Assembly (NCBI GenBank): GCA_001643675.2
Contig: LSRY02000037.1
Span: forward strand, 1 to 64,000
DNA length: 64,000 bases
Origin: Monocercomonoides exilis PA203
Taxonomy: Eukaryota; Protista; Preaxostyla
Reading direction: 5' to 3'
Part shown: piece by piece, positions 62,005-64,000 of the stretch
Layout of the letters: each line of letters starts with the position of its first letter
Numbering within the stretch: the first letter of the stretch is position 1
The notes under the pieces: generated by a model
What the model saw: the letters and a program-made list of their open reading frames with translations, nothing else
Databases searched by the model: none
What the model was told of the DNA's origin: nothing
Translations under genes and position numbers: made by a program

Positions 62005-64000
62005 TGATGATGATGATGATAATAATAATAATAATAAAGAGGAGAACCTCAATCTTTGAACGAAGATGAATCGCTCACGATGTTGTTGTCTGCTGTGAAC
62101 TTTCAATAAATAGATAGTAACATTACTCGGAGCTGGAAATATTGTCTGCTTTGGAAGATAATGAAAAATGGATTGATGCAATTTTGAGGATTTGAGGGGA
62201 ACAACTGGTGTAATCTTAATATGCAACGATATTTTTAAAAATAGTTTGGTCTTCGCTTTTCTTATTTGTTGAGGAGCAGAAAACAATTCAGATGTGAGGA
62301 GTGAATTTTTAATGCGGCTATGATAGAAGCATCTTCGCTAATAAGTTGAAACAGTATCTTCCGCGGCATTGCATCCATTTTGCCTCAGAAAACTGCTTCC
62401 TTCGATGCAACAACAGCACTCTCGTTTTGGATGTGTTCATTTTCTGTATTTTGATTCTGAGATTTCGATTTATATACAGCTTCTGGCTTCTCCAAGTTAT
62501 TAATTCTTCAAATGCATTCATAGATAAATAAATAAACAAAACATTTTTCCTTTGCGTGAAAGTGGCATTAATGCTCCGCGTGAAAGAGATGGTTCTTCCA
62601 ATATTTCACTAACATCAGATTGAATTTCTTTTCCATTTTGAAGCATCCAGATATAAAAACATTTGTTTCCTGCAAGAAAAACGTAATGTCAGGGAAAACT
62701 GAATCTCTTCGCATTGCACATGAAAAATTATCAGTGAAAATGTGATGCCTCCGAGGTTTGAGTATGACATTGGAATAAAACTCAATTTGTGAAGAACTTT
62801 GATTCACTTGGAAAACGAATTCGAGACGCTGAATATTATATTAAAACTCAGAATTTATGTTTAGAATGTAGTCTTTCTGTTATAAGCATTTGCACAAATT
62901 TGAATGTTCGACTGCCAAATATTGAAGCGCAACTGAAAAATCGAATTATCCAAAGGATAAATAACCTTAACAGAGGTGTCTGTCCGCTTTTCTACGAATC
63001 AAAAATTAGCGTTGAACATTAAAAACTATTATTCCCTGCATTTGAATTTTGTTGCTCAAATCATGGTCTGCCTCGATTCGAACAAAACAGAAAATAGAAT
63101 AAACATTGTAACAGTGGTTGAATCTCAATTTGTTGAAAAAGAGCTCAAAAGATAATTTTCTCCTCAAACATCAAGAAATAGATTCATTATCATAAAGAGA
63201 AATCAACACGAATCAGTTTCAAAAACGAATTTTCCATTTGATCAAAAATCATTTTCTTCAAAACTGAAACATTTGAAATACATAATAAAGACTTTCATAA
63301 AATCAATAAGATGAAAATGAATTTTCTTTGAAGTAATTTTCTTTGCAAAAAAAGAAGTTATATATTCAAAACAAAAAAATAATTGAGAAATATTTTGAAG
63401 CAAACAATTTATATTTGAAAGTGTATGGAAAAGTTATTTCTTTCGCTTTAAGAATATTGAGTAATATTGATTTTTCTTTTGAATAAATGAAAAAACAATA
63501 AAAAAATATTCAATAATTATTATCTGTTTTTTTGTGAAAAATGGAAAATAAATAAAATCCACATTTGTCCACTAAACTGCATAAACTTTAAAAATAGACT
63601 AATTTTATTCAAAGATAAATTATCTTTTTTATTTCAAAATAAAAGAATCATTCGTTTTTATGTTCTTTTTTTTCTTTATTTCGAAATATAATATTGGGCG
63701 CAGGAATTCTTATTTTGAAATTTCCTCCGCATCCACATCTATGGCGAGGTGTTGTACCAGGGCAAAAGCTGCATTAAATATTGTAGTTATCTTGTTGCTT
63801 GCTGTTAACTGCAGAGATGGAGGAAGTTTTGATGAAAAACAAAATCAACAAGAAAGGATTGTGGAGAACCAAAAAGGACAGATCAACTATTCAAACGAAA
63901 ATGGAAAGTTTAACAATCATTTTTGTATCCCTGCAGCAAAAGATGAAAATGCAGCTGACAATTGCGTTTGCTCTCTCGAAACATGTATTTCTATCATCAA
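61957..64000 (-). repeat. Right arm of the inverted duplication (may extend beyond the window)
   Basis: Reverse complement of 55994-58034 with only scattered differences; more mismatches in the last ~30 nt. Confidence 0.95.
63741..64000 (+). CDS. 5' start of a sister beta-helix family gene (MARCCTRAK...), runs off the window
   Basis: Mirror copy of the start at 56253. Confidence 0.6.
   Translation, partial: MARCCTRAKAALNIVVILLLAVNCRDGGSFDEKQNQQERIVENQKGQINYSNENGKFNNHFCIPAAKDENAADNCVCSLETCISII

Overview
Eukaryotic, AT-rich, intron-containing (GT-AG) protist DNA. The expanded beta-helix-like and ARM-like gene families and the low-complexity coding style strongly resemble the oxymonad Monocercomonoides (inference from recall, not a database hit). 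A core of conserved genes (transportin-1, PIBF1-like coiled coil, casein kinase 1 with a huge low-complexity tail, an intronless MtaD/AtzA-type amidohydrolase, PRMT1) lies among decayed paralogs of two lineage-specific families and several mobile elements. The elements are: a full-length but degenerate DIRS1-type tyrosine-recombinase retrotransposon (17319-23349) with inverted termini, internal complementary region and AAT crossover core; two intron-containing pogo-type (DD35D) DNA transposons, one decayed and one apparently intact; and a 1-kb near-perfect foldback element that shares ends with the intact pogo. A ~2-kb inverted duplication runs off the right edge. Best novelty candidates: (1) a cathepsin-B-fold pseudo-protease that has lost Gln, Cys, His and Asn catalytic residues and is fused to PSI-like repeats and a C-terminal anchor; (2) the pogo/foldback autonomous plus non-autonomous pair; (3) a DIRS element whose two flanks come from different, oppositely oriented paralogs of one gene family. 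All calls were made by eye; no searches were run.
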